Shown in pieces: positions 21,880-36,084 of a stretch of 62,403 nt of DNA (position 1 is the first letter of the stretch; every line of letters starts with the position of its first letter). Below the pieces are notes generated by a model, which was not told the DNA's origin, did not search any database, and saw only the letters and a program-made list of their open reading frames with translations. Where the stretch lies: positions 26,103,598 through 26,166,000 of the forward strand of contig NC_134469.1 of NCBI RefSeq assembly GCF_964194025.1, in the 5' to 3' direction. Made by a program: the position numbers and the translations under genes. This stretch comes from Convolutriloba macropyga (taxonomy: Eukaryota).

Positions 21880-24800
21880 TATATCATTGTGTTCTCACGT
21901 TACCACATCAATAATAGGTCACATATGACACTATTGGCGTTGAACTCAATGAACGAGATATTGAACATACATAATCTTTTTTAGACAATGGATTTTGGAT
22001 TTAACTGCTTCGAAACCGTTTGCTCGCAAAATTTAATTCGTTTTTGTCGGTATTTTTAGTCTTACGACATATACGAGATAATGAAAGGTCTCAATGGCTT
22101 CCTATGGAGGTTTAAATTAACCTATTTATGATATCAGTTGTTAGCGAACGATTTTCCATTGAGTTTTGGTCGTAACTAATGTTTGTTGTTTTTAATTGAT
22201 TTTGTTTTTCATCCTTTTTTAAAGACAAAAGATTGTTGCTAAACTGTTGAAAAAGGCAAAAGTTGTTCAAAATTCAGCCTTTAATCAACAAAATTGGCAT
22301 CAAATATGCTGATTTAGGTTAATTTGAATTCGCCGGAAATACTTCGGGGTGCTGTCTGTTTTAAGTAGTTTCGCCGTTTTTGTTTTTTGTTGCTGACCAG
22401 GATGGTTTCAAATCAAGGCACGATTGTTGATGCCCCAGTTACTCGCTAGTGAGGCAAAAAAACATTATGATTTCAGTGATAAGTTCATGGTTTTTGTGGC
22501 TTCAACAATTTGTTTGCGTAAACCTATTGGAAATTTTGAGTAATGTCTGAATTCCCTGTTGTTTTTTATTTTGATGACTTAATCACTTATGACAGGCCCA
22601 ACCGGCTTCCTAAGGAGTTAAAAGTTTATCCATCACGTGTTATTAGGTGAAGTTCATGTTTTTTTTTGAAAAAAATGGCTGTTTTCAAAACCACGACAAT
22701 TGATTTTTAAGCTCTGCGCCTTTCTTATTTCTGAAATCTTGTAGCCTAGTTTAAGCAAAAAGAGGTCGCATCTTTTTTCTAATGAAATCAAATCCAGTCT
22801 TTGCGCTTTTAATAAGTTGTTTTTATTGGGTTTTTCTACTTTCGCCCAATTGTGTTATCTGCTCATGTTATCGCATTAATGACAGGTCACATATGACATT
22901 GATGTCTAGCATGTCACATATGACATTGATGGCTAGCTAATTATGTTCATGATTTTGAATTTTATTGTTATTAAAAAAGCTTGCCCTTTCTGTTCTTACC
23001 TAGTCCTATTAAGGGCAAGTCCCATATTTTTTTTAGTGAATTTTAGGTTTTATCTGATGCTATTTTGTTTTTGGTATTAATTGCTTTTTTAATATAAAAA
23101 AGTATTGTTTTGGTCGTACTTTGGAAATTTTTTCTTTGGTAGACAATGAAACTCTCTCTTTGGTAGACAATTAAATCAAAAACTTGGACTTGCGGGGTCG
23201 GAACATTATTCACGAACACATTACCGAGCCTCCTTGTATTATCTCGCGCCTGACAATGATTGATACTAAGAAATGTTGCTCTAAAGAGTAGTGGAATTAA
23301 CTTGCTTTTTAATTTCACTTGCTCCTGAAAATGGTTGGTACTAGAAGATGTTGTTCGTTCAATACTGTAATTAATTTTTTCAATGACAAAGATTTCCAAG
23401 AGATCCAATTCTAGTAATTGTATTTCCTGTTAGATGGTGCTTGAGGAAATAGTGGCATTTATTTGATTTTTGATATCGTTAGTTATAGCGCCTTTATAGT
23501 CTGGCGAAAATCAAACGAAGGCTATCTCATTTCAGTTTTACATTTTTTTTTAAAGATATGTGCGAATTTTTTTTTTACTCAGAATGGTGGAGAATTTTTT
23601 GTGACATATATTAGTTGCTGAATTTTTCAGCTGAACTCAGTGCTGTAATAATGCACTCAGCAAAGATTTAACCAATTATGTGGGCTTTTTAGGTCGTTTT
23701 ACGACTCGAAGAGGATTTCCGGTTTTCTGCTTTTTCAGCTTGAGTACATTTGTTCACGGCTTGTTTGCTGTTCAACATTGACAATTGTTTTTAGACACTG
23801 ACTTCTAACTTTGAACATAAGGCATAAACAGGAAAAGATGGCTTAATTTTTAATATAAAGGATTGATGAACCGTTTTTATTTTGCAAAGTTGACTCATAT
23901 TGAGAGGTTTGCCGCATATTTACTCCTACTAAAACCTCACTCCCTCCAACCTACCTCCCTACCAACGAATCGCACATTTTCCGCTTCCTTATCCTTTTGC
24001 TTGGTCTATTTGTCTATCAGTGGGTATAAAAAGGTTGGATAAATGCCAGAGGGCATTGAGTCGGGCGCAGTTCGAGGTGTACAATTTGTTTTAACAACTT
24101 GTAATTTGTTTCTCAGATTCCGATGATTGGTAGCTTTGCCAAATTTTTGATATTTGTTCCTAGAATCATAGCCACCAGCACGTGTTTGTAGACCCCAATT
24201 TTGTACGGTAATTTGCGGGCTGAAGGTTCTGGCTGCTCGAATCTGGTGAGATTATGTAACTAACACCTTAATTTGATATGCAGCATAGTTCGCAAATGAA
24301 TTTTAAGATTATTTATTGGAACAGACATATTTTTGCAGTCCGTGTCAAGTGGTTGACTTCATTCTATTTCACTCGGATATTAGAGTTTACATTGTTATGT
24401 GCTTTTTCATAATATGTTATATATAGGCTATACAGAACTTGAATTTATTGAACGTCTTGAACTGCTTCTGTTTTGGTTATTCATACGTTTATTAGATTAG
24501 CATTTTATTGTAGCTGCTCATGTTGTCTATTTTCGTTCTCTTCATTGGATATTATTTCTATCTGGAACCAAATTTCGCCCGACTAGTGTAATGATGTCAG
24601 GAGCTTCAGATAATTACATGAGGAAACACCTTATATTCAAAACGTAATGATTTTTGGCTGTTTTTCTCTTGAGTTTGGCAATTTTGTTTCCAGTGTCATA
24701 TAATCGCAAATTTTACCAACTATAAAAGTTGAATATTGTTGGCATAGAAAATTGATTGAATTCATTCTTTTTGATGGCGCTTTGAAGTTTTAGAATTTAA

Positions 24801-27480
24801 TCTTGATTTTCACTCCTCCTAGAACCAAGAGACTGCAACTGTGACAAAACCACAATTACTGAATAGAGGCTTAACTCAAAATAATGATTAAAAGCTTCAA
24901 AATTTGTTTTAACGGAGATACGGTTGCTTACAGAGAACTAACTAGGAGCCGTTACTTGAATATAATTCATCATCTGCCTTCTGAATTTTTAAATTTCTGG
25001 CCTGCTAAAAACAGTGCTTTGTACACTTTGTCTATAAAAATGAATAGGTATCCTTTTTTTTCATTGTTACATAGGTTATCACGGTTTATCTTGTTTATTG
25101 TAACTGTCTCTATCATTAAACTGAACCTATATTAAAAGAAGCAGAGGAAGAGCTATTCAAAATAATTGAGCTATAGACAAGGAGAATCGCGTATGTGCGT
25201 CCGCACATTGTTCCAACCCTCAAAATTTAAAAAATTGAAATTTACCCTCACCCTCGCTCTTAATCTCAGTTGAGTTATAGAAATCAGATCCTACTTCATT
25301 GGATTGTTGGCGAGTAGCAGTATAATTGTTCCGAACCCTCTTGAGGGGAGAGGAACTATATATTCAAATGTTTTTTTTTGTTCAGACAATTTTGGCCGAT
25401 CGATATATTCATCGTAGAGAGTTGAGACTAGCATCATTAGAATGCTAGTCCAGCGTAGAAAATGGAATTAAAAAGAGTTTTTTTAATTTTCATTTTTTAT
25501 AGGGGGTTATCGAGGTTTACACTTCTGAGAAAAGCAGAGTGAATTCCGTTGTTTTTATTCACATTTTCCGGAATTTTTGCCTGAAATTTCGTCAATTTTG
25601 CAAAATTTTGCTAAAATTTTGAAGAACAGAGTTGTTGATTTTATTTTCGAAGACAAAAGCAATATTGTCGACTATTTTAATCAAAGCTTTTGTCTAATAT
25701 TCTGGCTAAATACTTCAAAATTTTGCCTATTTCATCAAAAACCGCACAAAATAGGCTTATTTAGTCCACTTGGATTAAATTTGCCGAACGTACACACCCA
25801 AACATCACTAACACAATTTTGTTTAGACCCAAAAGAGGGCTATTCTTACTTCCACTTCCGTTGAGAGTGCTCTCTAACTAAAATTTTGCCAAGTTTTTTG
25901 CTAAGTTTAATCGATGGTTATCAAAAACGCTGCATTTATTTTCGATTTTTTAATAAACAAATTATCTATATCTATAACATCCGGAAAATTAAGTGTTCCG
26001 AAAGGGCGGACAGCATTAGCAGGGCTGGGACCAATCTTGGACTGTAACAATCCAAAAAGAATTCGGATTGTAATCAGTCGGTCTTTTCTTTTTTTTTTTA
26101 TAAAACTCGATCTTTTTTATGTTAATTAAGGAACAGAACATTTCAAATCAGAGCTCAGAAGTGGTAGGTCCAATTGGCTTCCGAAGCAGCTCCAAACTAA
26201 TGCATATAGTTTTTTACTTAAAAGCTTATTGTCGTTTTGACTTTCAAAAATAATTGATTTTTAAATAAATGATGCCGTATTGATTTTTGCCTATTTTTTC
26301 TTAATTTGGTCATTTTGAAGCTTAGTGTCAGGAAAGAAAGAGTGCTTCTTCTTTCTACTGATTCAAAATTAAGTATGTATTGCGGCTTTACGCCCTAAGT
26401 TATTGTTTTCTGGTTTTGATACTTCTAGATTTCACATTTTTTTGCTTTTTAGGTGTTTGCCCATTTTTCACGTTTTCTCGTTTTGTCACATTATGACGTT
26501 ATTGGTAGTCCACATATCAGATGAGAAGTGTTCAAGATAAGGCAAAATTGAACGTAATAAAGTACTTATAGATATAGATTAAGGTTTCAACGGATTCGAC
26601 ACTATTTTCTTGAAGAATTAGTTGAATTTTTCAGTTTTATCTTTAACTGTCGCTTTCACTTTGTCGTTTTACTTATATGAAATTTACTTTATAATGACAG
26701 GCTTGATTGGCCTTTCATAAAAAAACAGATGAGCCAATATTCTATTATTTGTAGATAGCTGATGGTTTTCATGACTTTGAAAACAGTTGTTTTCCAAAAT
26801 AAAAAAAACATCGATTTTGTTTTTTTTTGTCTATTTGTTACCTAGTCTCGTTAATAACAGGTCAAATATGACATTATTGGTGTCAAGAAAAGGTTTCAAA
26901 AAGATTTTTTGTTGAAAAATTTAAAGTTTTTAACGAATTGGTTATGACTGTACTGGCTTCGACACTGTTTTTTACACAAAAAAAAGTAATTTCTGATTTT
27001 TGTCGTAACTGACGTTTTTGTTTATAGACATAAGACATATTCTGGATAATTGCAGGTTTCAGGGGTTTCCTTGGGACGAATAAACAAACCTCTTTAATGG
27101 CTTTCATGCCTTTGGAAGTAATCTTGTTTCGAAAAAAAACAAAATTATTACTTTCTTTTTTTATTTGTTGCCTGGTCTCATTAATGAGAGCTCACATACT
27201 ACATTATCGCGGTTAAAAAAAGGCGCAATCGAACATAATTTGAGGACCCAAATATGGCTTTACGGCTTCGACAGCGTTTTCTGGCCAGTTTTAATTGAAA
27301 TTTTGTTTGTTGTCCTTTAGTTGTTCTTTTTTAACCTCATAAAAATTTGAATAAGGACGGGTCTTAATGCCCTTCTATAATTGTAAACCTATGGGATATT
27401 TTATTTGATTTCTAATGGTTTTCATTGCTTTGAAATTAATTGTTAAAAAAGTAAGCGAATTTTTTAAGTTTACTGTTCTT
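21880..27480. repeat. Patches of an old degenerate repeat family (motif ACAGGTCACATATGACATT)
   Basis: Motif recurs near 21915, 22883, 26857 and 27190; sequence at ~32200-33400 looks related in reverse orientation. Confidence 0.45.
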
Positions 27481-28464
27481 CTTTTCTGTCGAACTGCTCC
27501 CATATCTTTGCTGGTGAGTTACAAGTTTTTTGTGTAGTTTCAGTTTTATCTGACTCTATCTTGACTTTGTTAATAAGCTTTGTTTTTTAAAACGGGCATA
27601 AAGATTTAGATGTAATTATTGTTTGTTGTTGTTTGATTTAGCTGTTCGTTTTTACTGGCATTCTTTATATTGGCATGTCTAATCAATGCATCATTTTTTA
27701 CTCTACTGAGTTGTTTGCTTTGGGGGCTATCTTTTCGTTCATCACTATTAATTTTGAAAAATGAATTTTTTTGAAGTTTTCTATCTGTTCCTCATTTGGT
27801 AGACAATTATGCCAAAATTGTGGATAAGCGGGGTTGGAACCTTATGTGCAATCGCACCTTACCGAGCCTCCTTGTAATTTTAATATCTGTTTGTTTCGAG
27901 AATGGTTGAGGTTACCTGATTTCAGAAATGATTTCAAATGCATTTGTTTTTCAAGAGCATTTCATCAATTTTTCTAGCTAAATTATACATCACTCAGAGG
28001 CTGTTTTGTCTTATATAATATTGGATTGAAAGACTTTTTATAAACTAAATTTATTCGCTATTTCGTGTATGCTTATTTCAGTGCTACTAACATTTCGATT
28101 AGTATGTTTGGAAAAAATTTTCTATTTGCCTTTCAGATTTGCCTTTTTCTGTCGTCACCCATCATATTTCATGTACTGCGTACGGTTTTTTTTTTATTTC
28201 CACAACCTTAAAAGATAAGTTTTCATTGAAATATGAAAAATTTGATTGATTGATATAGTTTGTTTTTACGTTGTTTTCTTTTGACTTCTTGTAATCTTGT
28301 TTGTTTACAACCATTGCAATATTCTCAAAGTACATATGTGAGTAGGGCTAACACTTACAAACCATCGAGGCAAACATATCGTTATACAAATGCTTTTTAG
28401 CTGCAGTTTCTGTTGTTTTTAAGCTGTTTTGCAACGTGTAATGCTTCATCAGATTTAGCCAAAA

Positions 28465-31400
28465 ATGGCAGGTATTCGACTCATAGTTATACTATGTGTA
28501 CTACTCATGTCCTCCGATAGTATTTCAGAAAATTTTTTTCACAGTTTTCCTTATGCTTCTCGAATAACTTCATTCAAAGGAAGCTGTAACAGCAAACAAT
28601 GTGCTTTAACATCCAAATTCAACTTTTCTTTTTTCTTGGTTGTTGTATGGTACCTTCTACTAACAAGTGGCGATATCGAAATAAACCCCGGACCAATTGT
28701 GCCATATGAACCCATGATGAAAGAGTTAAAATTATTTGATTCCAGAATAAAAATTCTACATCAAAACGCCAGAAGTTTAGCAGGACAACATCTGCTGTTG
28801 AAAGAACTCATTGAAGACATTGGTTACAACTGCATATTTGCGTTTAGTGAAACATGGTTGTCACAAAACCATCCGGAAGAGTTTTGGCTTGTAGATAAGC
28901 AAAGCTTTGACTGTTTTCGAGAAGATCGCATCCAAACAACAAAAACAAAAGGTGGTGGTATTATAATGTACATTCCGAAATTATTAAAACTTCGTCTCGG
29001 CGATGATCTCAACTGCTTTCCGGATGCAAATTTTGAAAGTTTATGGTTTGACTTGAGCATACAAAATAAGAAATGCGTACTAAATTTATCATACTGTCCC
29101 GAAAAAAAAACTTGTAAGGATGTTTTTTGGGATAAATTGGTCCTGGGAATTGATCTTGCTATGGCTGAAGGAAAATCTGTCATACTTGCTGGAGACTACA
29201 ACTTAAACTATTTTGCAAAGCGCGACAGAAATCTGCTACAATCTATAATTTCTCCATATGATCTTAAACCATCGAATATTGATACAGCTACATGAATGAC
29301 TAACTCTTCTTCATTTCTTATCGATTGTATCATAACAGACGATTAAGAAACAGGCATATTAGCGGATACATTTTTGAAAACTGATCAATTTGCAACAATC
29401 ACAATTCTTATATCTGTGATGCTAAAATCAAAAACAACAAAGAAATTTTTTTTGACAAAAAACTATTCAGCCGTAGCGTTCCAAAGTTTTATTGAAAATT
29501 CAGACTGGAGACATTTTACGGTGCAGTGACGGGAGATATGATGTTATTAGAATTTAAAGAGTTAATGAAAGAGCATTAGTACTACATGCTCCAATTAAAG
29601 CCTGTTATATTAGAAAAGACAAACCAAAGTTTTTGCTTCAAGAAAAATGGCTATGTGAGAAAACAAAAAGACAGTTATCAAGAAATGGCGATGATGAAAC
29701 TAAAAACGATTTAATTCGTCAAAAAGAAAAACAACTTCTCTCAAGTTTTATTGAGTTAAACAGTGAAAAAGCCAGATGGAAATTCATTCAAGATCTTCGT
29801 AATAAAGAAAAGACTCAAACAAGAATTCAATCTTTATTAAACAGTTTTGGTAATAAGATAACAAAGCCTATGGAAATTGCAAATCTTCTCAATTACAGAT
29901 TTTCTACTCTAGGGGAGTTCATTGGCTTGCAACAAACAAAAAAAATTCCTCCTAAATCTGCTCCAAGAAAGTGTTTCAAGTTCCGATATATAACAACCAA
30001 GGAAACAAATGTGCTCATAGATTCATTGAATACAAGTAAACCAGTCGGTTCTTCAAAAATACCAGCTTGGGCAATAAAAGATGCTAAAGCAGCGCTAGCG
30101 GAACCACTATTTTATCTCATTAATCAGTTCATTACAGAAGGAAAATTTCCAGAAGATCTTAAAAAAGCTTGTGTAACTCCACTCTTCAAAAAAGTAAGTC
30201 CCGAAGACCCACTCAATTATAGGTCTATTTCTGTCACTTCTGCTTTGTCAAAAATTTTTGAGAAGGCGTTCAGTTCACAAATTACAAGTTTCCTAGATAG
30301 GGAGCAATTCTTGTCTATTAGTCAATTTGGTTATAGAAAACAAATTTCAACAATTGTTGCTATCCTGAAATCGACAGAACATTAAGATCAGAACTCAACA
30401 TGAAAAAAATGTTACAGGTGCGTTTTTAGATCTTTCAAAGGCTTTTGATTCTACAAACCACAAAATACTGTTACAGAGACTTGAAAATATAGGTTTTGAC
30501 AAACATGCTACCAATTTAATAGAGAATTTTTTTAGTGAAAGAACGCAAAGAGTTGTCCTGAATGGCATTGAATCAGATGTGATAAATTTGAAAAGAGGAG
30601 TTCCACAAGGTACTTTTTTAGGACCTCTATTATTTAACATTTACGTCAACGATTTAGCAAAGATTGTAGAAAAAGATTACACGTTCGTACAGTACGCAGA
30701 CGACACCTTTCTTTTTACATCCGACGCTGATGAAACATCGTCAAAAACAAAATTTGAACATAACATCTCAAAAATTATTGATTTTTTTTGCAAAGTCCCA
30801 GTTAGTGGTGAACAAACAAAAAACAGAATATATTGTGTTCAGCACCAGGAAGAGGTTAACAAATACTGTTCTGAATGTCGACAATGAAGGAATAGCAGAA
30901 TGAAATAGTGTGAAGTATCTTGGCGTAATTATTGATAGCAAACTAAAATTTGATGGAGAAGTGAAAAAGATTCTTTAGAGAATGGCTAGTGGAATAAAAG
31001 TTTTCAATACATTAAGTAAAAGTTTACTAGAGAAAACAAAAATCTTAATACTTAATGCAATAGTAATAAGTCATCTACATTATTCCGCTCTATTTCTGAT
31101 AGGTTTGCAAAAGTCATTACTCACAACTTTAAAAAAAACAATTGAATTGGGGAATAAAAACCATTTTTAATAGGAGAAAATACGATCGGACTACAGATCT
31201 CAACTTCGCAACAAAATATTAACAGTTTCTTTTCTCTTGAAATATCATTGCTCAAAATATTTTTTTCGCTTACTCAGCAACGATCTTCCAGCATATAAAA
31301 TTGAACCTCTCGTTACCATGAGAATAAAACGACATGACAGGTAAAAAAAATAACGTTCGATATAAGAGAGAACAATAAGTTTTTAACTGATTCTTTTATT

Positions 31401-31910
31401 GCACAAGCCATTCCAATTTTTAATAGTCTGCCTTCTAATATTAGACGGAAAACAACATCGAAAGCTTCCTTAAGAAAACTGAAAGAATATTTTTGGAAAG
31501 AATTTTTGAAGTACCCAAAAGTAACTGATATAAAAGATGACATTGAGAGCATTAGATTTTAATTTTATTCTTTAATCTTCATGAGGTACATATAAATTTG
31601 TGAGAACATTTTATGCTCGCATTATAGGCCGTTTTTTACTAATGTAAGGTCAAATTTTTAGTTAGGTAATTTAATGATTTTATAATTTTACATAATGTTA
31701 TAATGTTAACTTTACATTGCCTCTTTTACCATTTGCTTTTTTTCTTATGTGTACCAGAGGAAATTAACAATGTTCGTTTTTTGTTGACAATGCTTTTCTT
31801 TTCTGTTTTTAGGACGGGAGATTCACATTATAATTGTCAATTTTAAGAAACATGGCCGGCATAACGTCGGCAAGTGGCAGCAATAACTTCAGACCTCTAG
31901 TCTTGATTAA
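28465..31910 (+). mobile_element. Near full-length CR1/L2-type LINE ORF2 (2A-like peptide, APE endonuclease, RT), disrupted
   Basis: GDIEINPGP, HQNARSL, FSETWL, GGGI, GDYN, NYRSIS, GVPQGTFLGP, YADD and YLGV motifs; stops and frameshifts; A-rich end near 31910. Confidence 0.93.
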
Positions 31911-32636
31911 AAAAATTTTAAAATCCTGAACATCGATCAAGAATTCGCTAATTTTGTTTTTCAGAACGTATTGTTTCAAATTTCAAAAGCCTATAAAGAA
32001 GAGTCTCAATATTCAATTAGATTCAATCTAATTTCATTAAAAAGGCAGAGCGAACTGTGTACACAAACATTAAGAGGCCAGGCATAAAAAAGATTAGCAA
32101 ACCCCTTCATAACGTAAAAAAAACTTATTCCAATACAAATTATCTCAAAGTAAAAAAAAACAAATAGCTTAGTTTTGAAAATGTTTGTAATTCGTTTGAA
32201 TAAGGAACACCTGTCACTACCGAGATAGGACGATAGGACAACCAAAATGACCACAAATGGGATCAATATTAAAAAAAATCATCCGAATTCTTTGAACTCG
32301 ATTGTTGTCCAAGTGTTAACAAACAAAAATAGATTGAAACTAATTAACTAGTTCAATTTTGCTCAGTGAAGTAGCAAATAAAAGCTGTCCTTATTGAGAC
32401 TGAGTGATTGACAAACAAAAAGACCACAAAGAGGATCATAATTGAAAAATATTTGAACTCTTTTGAACGCGATTGGTGTCAAAGTGGTGACAGACAATGG
32501 ATATCGACTGAACCTAATTATCTATTTGTTGTCATTTCGGTTGTCCTATTTGAATTATGGTCTAGTGAAGTAGCAAATTAGCTATCATTATTGAGACCAG
32601 GTGACAGAAGAGGCAAAAAGAGCACAAAAGTTAGAA

Positions 32637-32972
32637 AGCTGTAAAATCATTTAAGGTGTGTGATTCACACGCCAATGATTGAGAGTTCAATCCCCTGCCT
32701 CCGTGAAGTTGTCTGTGTAAGGATGAGCTCTTACTTAACCATTGCTTGAGGTTGACCAAAGCCTGACCAATGTTGGTTGTAGTGATGGTACCACGTGAAA
32801 GTTTCAGGCGCAAAAAAATTGGCCAGTCATCAAAAAAAGAGCAATGATGCTCATAAAAAGAACAGTCTGAAATGTGGGGAATAATAAGAAAAAGGGCAGC
32901 TGAGAACAGGCCGCTGTGGCCTAATGCTGTTCCGCTGCGATTACGCAGGAACAAATTATTTTATTTTATTTT
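32637..32972 (+). mobile_element. Probable tRNA-derived SINE with (TTTTA)n tail
   Basis: B-box-like AGTTCAATCCC (32684-32694), GTGTG/CACAC stem and a simple-repeat tail. Confidence 0.5.
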
Positions 32973-34019
32973 AGAAGTCAGAGATATTTTTTGAAAACAA
33001 GTAAGGTCCAAGTCGTTTAAATAGGTTATATATAAATAGCTAATTTGAGTTATTTACGATTCATGAGAAATCATTAAGACCATTAATTGATGAGACTAAG
33101 TGATAGGAAACAAAAAGAATACCAAAATAGGCAAAAGTGAAGGTCACTATTTTTTTGAAAGCAAGTGATGTCAAAGATGTTAAGATCATTAGATTTGAAC
33201 CGAAACCATCAAACTATTTCAATTTGTATCAATCATGAGAGAGAAGTAAACCTGTCATTTTTGCGACTAAGTGATGGAAAACGAAAATTTGAAAACATTT
33301 AATATCAAAGTCGTTAAATGGGTTAGATTCGACTGGAAACTAATGAATAGCTTTAATCATGCCTCATTTGGGAGACAATTAGGCCAGTCATTGAGAATAG
33401 GAGACAAGACTATTGAAAGAACCGGACGATTGAGTAAAACTTATTAGATACTATCAAAGCCTTGTAATACATTAGCGTGTCATAAGAGTAAATCAAGAAT
33501 CTTGGCAATAATAAAGCAAATTGATTACCCCTTAGCAATATGTAAAGTTCGGAAATCAACATAGGAAGCTTTAAAGGCAGAAATTAAGTTGTCGAAACAA
33601 AAAAAAAACTGAAAATTTTCAAATATTTTTTCCTACTCCATTGCTTTACGCCCTAACACCACTCGCTTTTGGTGTAAATCAGATTTCTGCTGTTACGCAC
33701 TGATTTTAGGAGTGTTCCTTGGGGTGTTATTGAGGTCAATATTAGAGGTAAATAACTTGAATAATTGACATTGTACAAGGACTTATTTAGATGTTTCACA
33801 GTGCGGTTTTTAGCAGATATATTTTGAATAAAGTTAGCTAGTAATAGCCTTTTATTGAACGGTTCAGATGCGTGATATATCCACTAATTGCCTTGTATTT
33901 TAGAGTTTTACTTAGTTGTAATTTAGCTCTAAGGAAGCCTGTTTCAACTTAGCATTTTACAAAGATTTTTCCAGTTCAATCTTTAATTTTTTAACGAAAT
34001 TAAATAACAATATTCAATG

Positions 34020-34360
34020 ATAAGTTTCAGAAGTTTCAGGTGATCGTCGTTCCGCAGGGCTCTACCTTGAGTTGTATTGGTCCATCGCAAATATTTACTG
34101 ATCTACAAGTTGGGCAGTTTCTGGCTTTTTTACGTCACTTGATGTTTGTTAAGTACATATACAATTTGCGTATTGGCACCTACTTTATCTGAATAATTAT
34201 TTCACCAATTACATAGTCTCTCATGAAGTTATTTATCAAATATGCGAATTCATCGTCAGGGAACTCAAAAAGGTAAATATGGAGGCTTTTAGGTACTTAA
34301 TATGTTTATCAGTAAACTGTCAATCTGCGGTTATTTTTAGTAAACATAAACAAATTAGGG
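34020..34360 (+). mobile_element. Very degenerate LINE RT remnant
   Basis: GTTCCGCAGGGCTCTACCTTG encodes VPQGSTL; little else recognisable. Confidence 0.35.
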
Positions 34361-36084
34361 GTTACAGGCCTAGATGGAAATACTGGCTATATATGGCCTT
34401 GAGATCTATCTGAATATGAACTAAATTATAGCGCTATTTATGGATATTTGTAGGGAAAACATCACGTAACTATAAGGACGAAATAGGGGCGTGACATCTA
34501 CTTATCATACTCACTCTTACTTGTGATTGACGACAAAAGTCACGAGAACTTTTTTCGAAAAAGACGGGCCTTATACAACTAGAATTTTTGAATTTTAAAA
34601 CCATGAAGAGGCTTCAATTTTACTTCGAACAAAATTTATTCAGTTTTTTAGAGCTAATCAGTGATACCCTATTTGTATCTCTAGGCAAAAAAAAGCTGCC
34701 GGCCAAAATTAGGTTAACAAAAAATTAAGTCTGCTGAGAAGTTCCTAACTCTTAAGTCTGCTGAGAAGTTCCAGATAATAAGCTCAGATTACTGCAGTTT
34801 GTTCAATAACTACAACACAGCTAAGTGACAAAGAACCAGTCTGATGAACAATATGGAACAACCTCTAACGGCGTCTGTTGTGTCTTTCCCAGATAACAAT
34901 AATCCGTAGTTGATCAAAAATAAATAATCAAATTAATTAGAATTTCTGAACACATTTTTTTCACGAAACTTTTTTAAACGTTAGGCTGCGCAAAAGGTAA
35001 GTAATTCGAAATAACAATTGCTTGGTTCATTTAGGCTTTCGACCGAACAATGTCCAAGAGACGGACCTTTTTGAAGTTACGAAAGAGCTATCTTCGTAAT
35101 TAACAATTCATAGACAAGTATCAAGTGAATTTCTTTCGAATTGTTTAAAGTTTGAAAAAATTTCAGAACAGCGAATAAATTGATTGGAGAGCATTGGTTA
35201 CGCGGGCTAGAAGTTTGTCTCAGCCTTTTCAAAAATCTATCGTAAAATTTTTTATATTTAGCTTCTTGGCAGAGTTTCACGATAGTTTTTACATTAGTTT
35301 TTCTTAGAAAGAATTCTTAAGGAATGCTTTCCGAAAAATACTAAAAACGGCAAAATTTTGTCCCAAAATTTATCAGACAAATTATCAGAAAACATTCGTT
35401 TTTTCCCAATTTCCAGTGTAATAGTTTTATAATAAAAAGAAGTAAAAACGATCTAGATAAAGGTTAAACTTCGATATTATTCCTGGAAAGAAATGAGATT
35501 CAGCTGGCCTTTTTTGTCTTTAATTGAGCCATTAGCTTTTTCGACTATTTCTAAGCAAAGTGATCTATTTTACTTGACGTTTAGGTACGCAAGTTCTCAA
35601 GAAGTGGTATGTCAGGACCTTCCAATTAATACTTTATAAACTTCATGAGCTTTCCGATTATAACAGTCATAACTTTCTGTGTGAGCTATATTGATCGACC
35701 ACAATTCCGTAAATCAAAGATACCCTTCAGCTAGTCTTCAGCTATCCTTTACTATATCCGGGTCAATTTTGCTTAAAAACCTGATTCTGCTATATAGGTT
35801 CAAGCTTTGTTCATAGTGGAATTCGTGAAAGGTTTTGAAGTCATATCTTGCATAATCAATAAATCTCGAAATCTTTTGTATATTCAAAATCTGTCGCTCA
35901 AACTTATTGTTTAATGTCTAGTGTAAACAAACATTTATAATTTGGCCACCTATTGTTGACCCATATAGTACCACTTTTATTTATGTTCCGTTTGTATTTT
36001 AGAAATAAGTTCCTTCACTTCAACTTAGGCAACTCACAGTTAACGGAACTGACAGTCACACTCGTCGACGACTTCTAATGCAAA

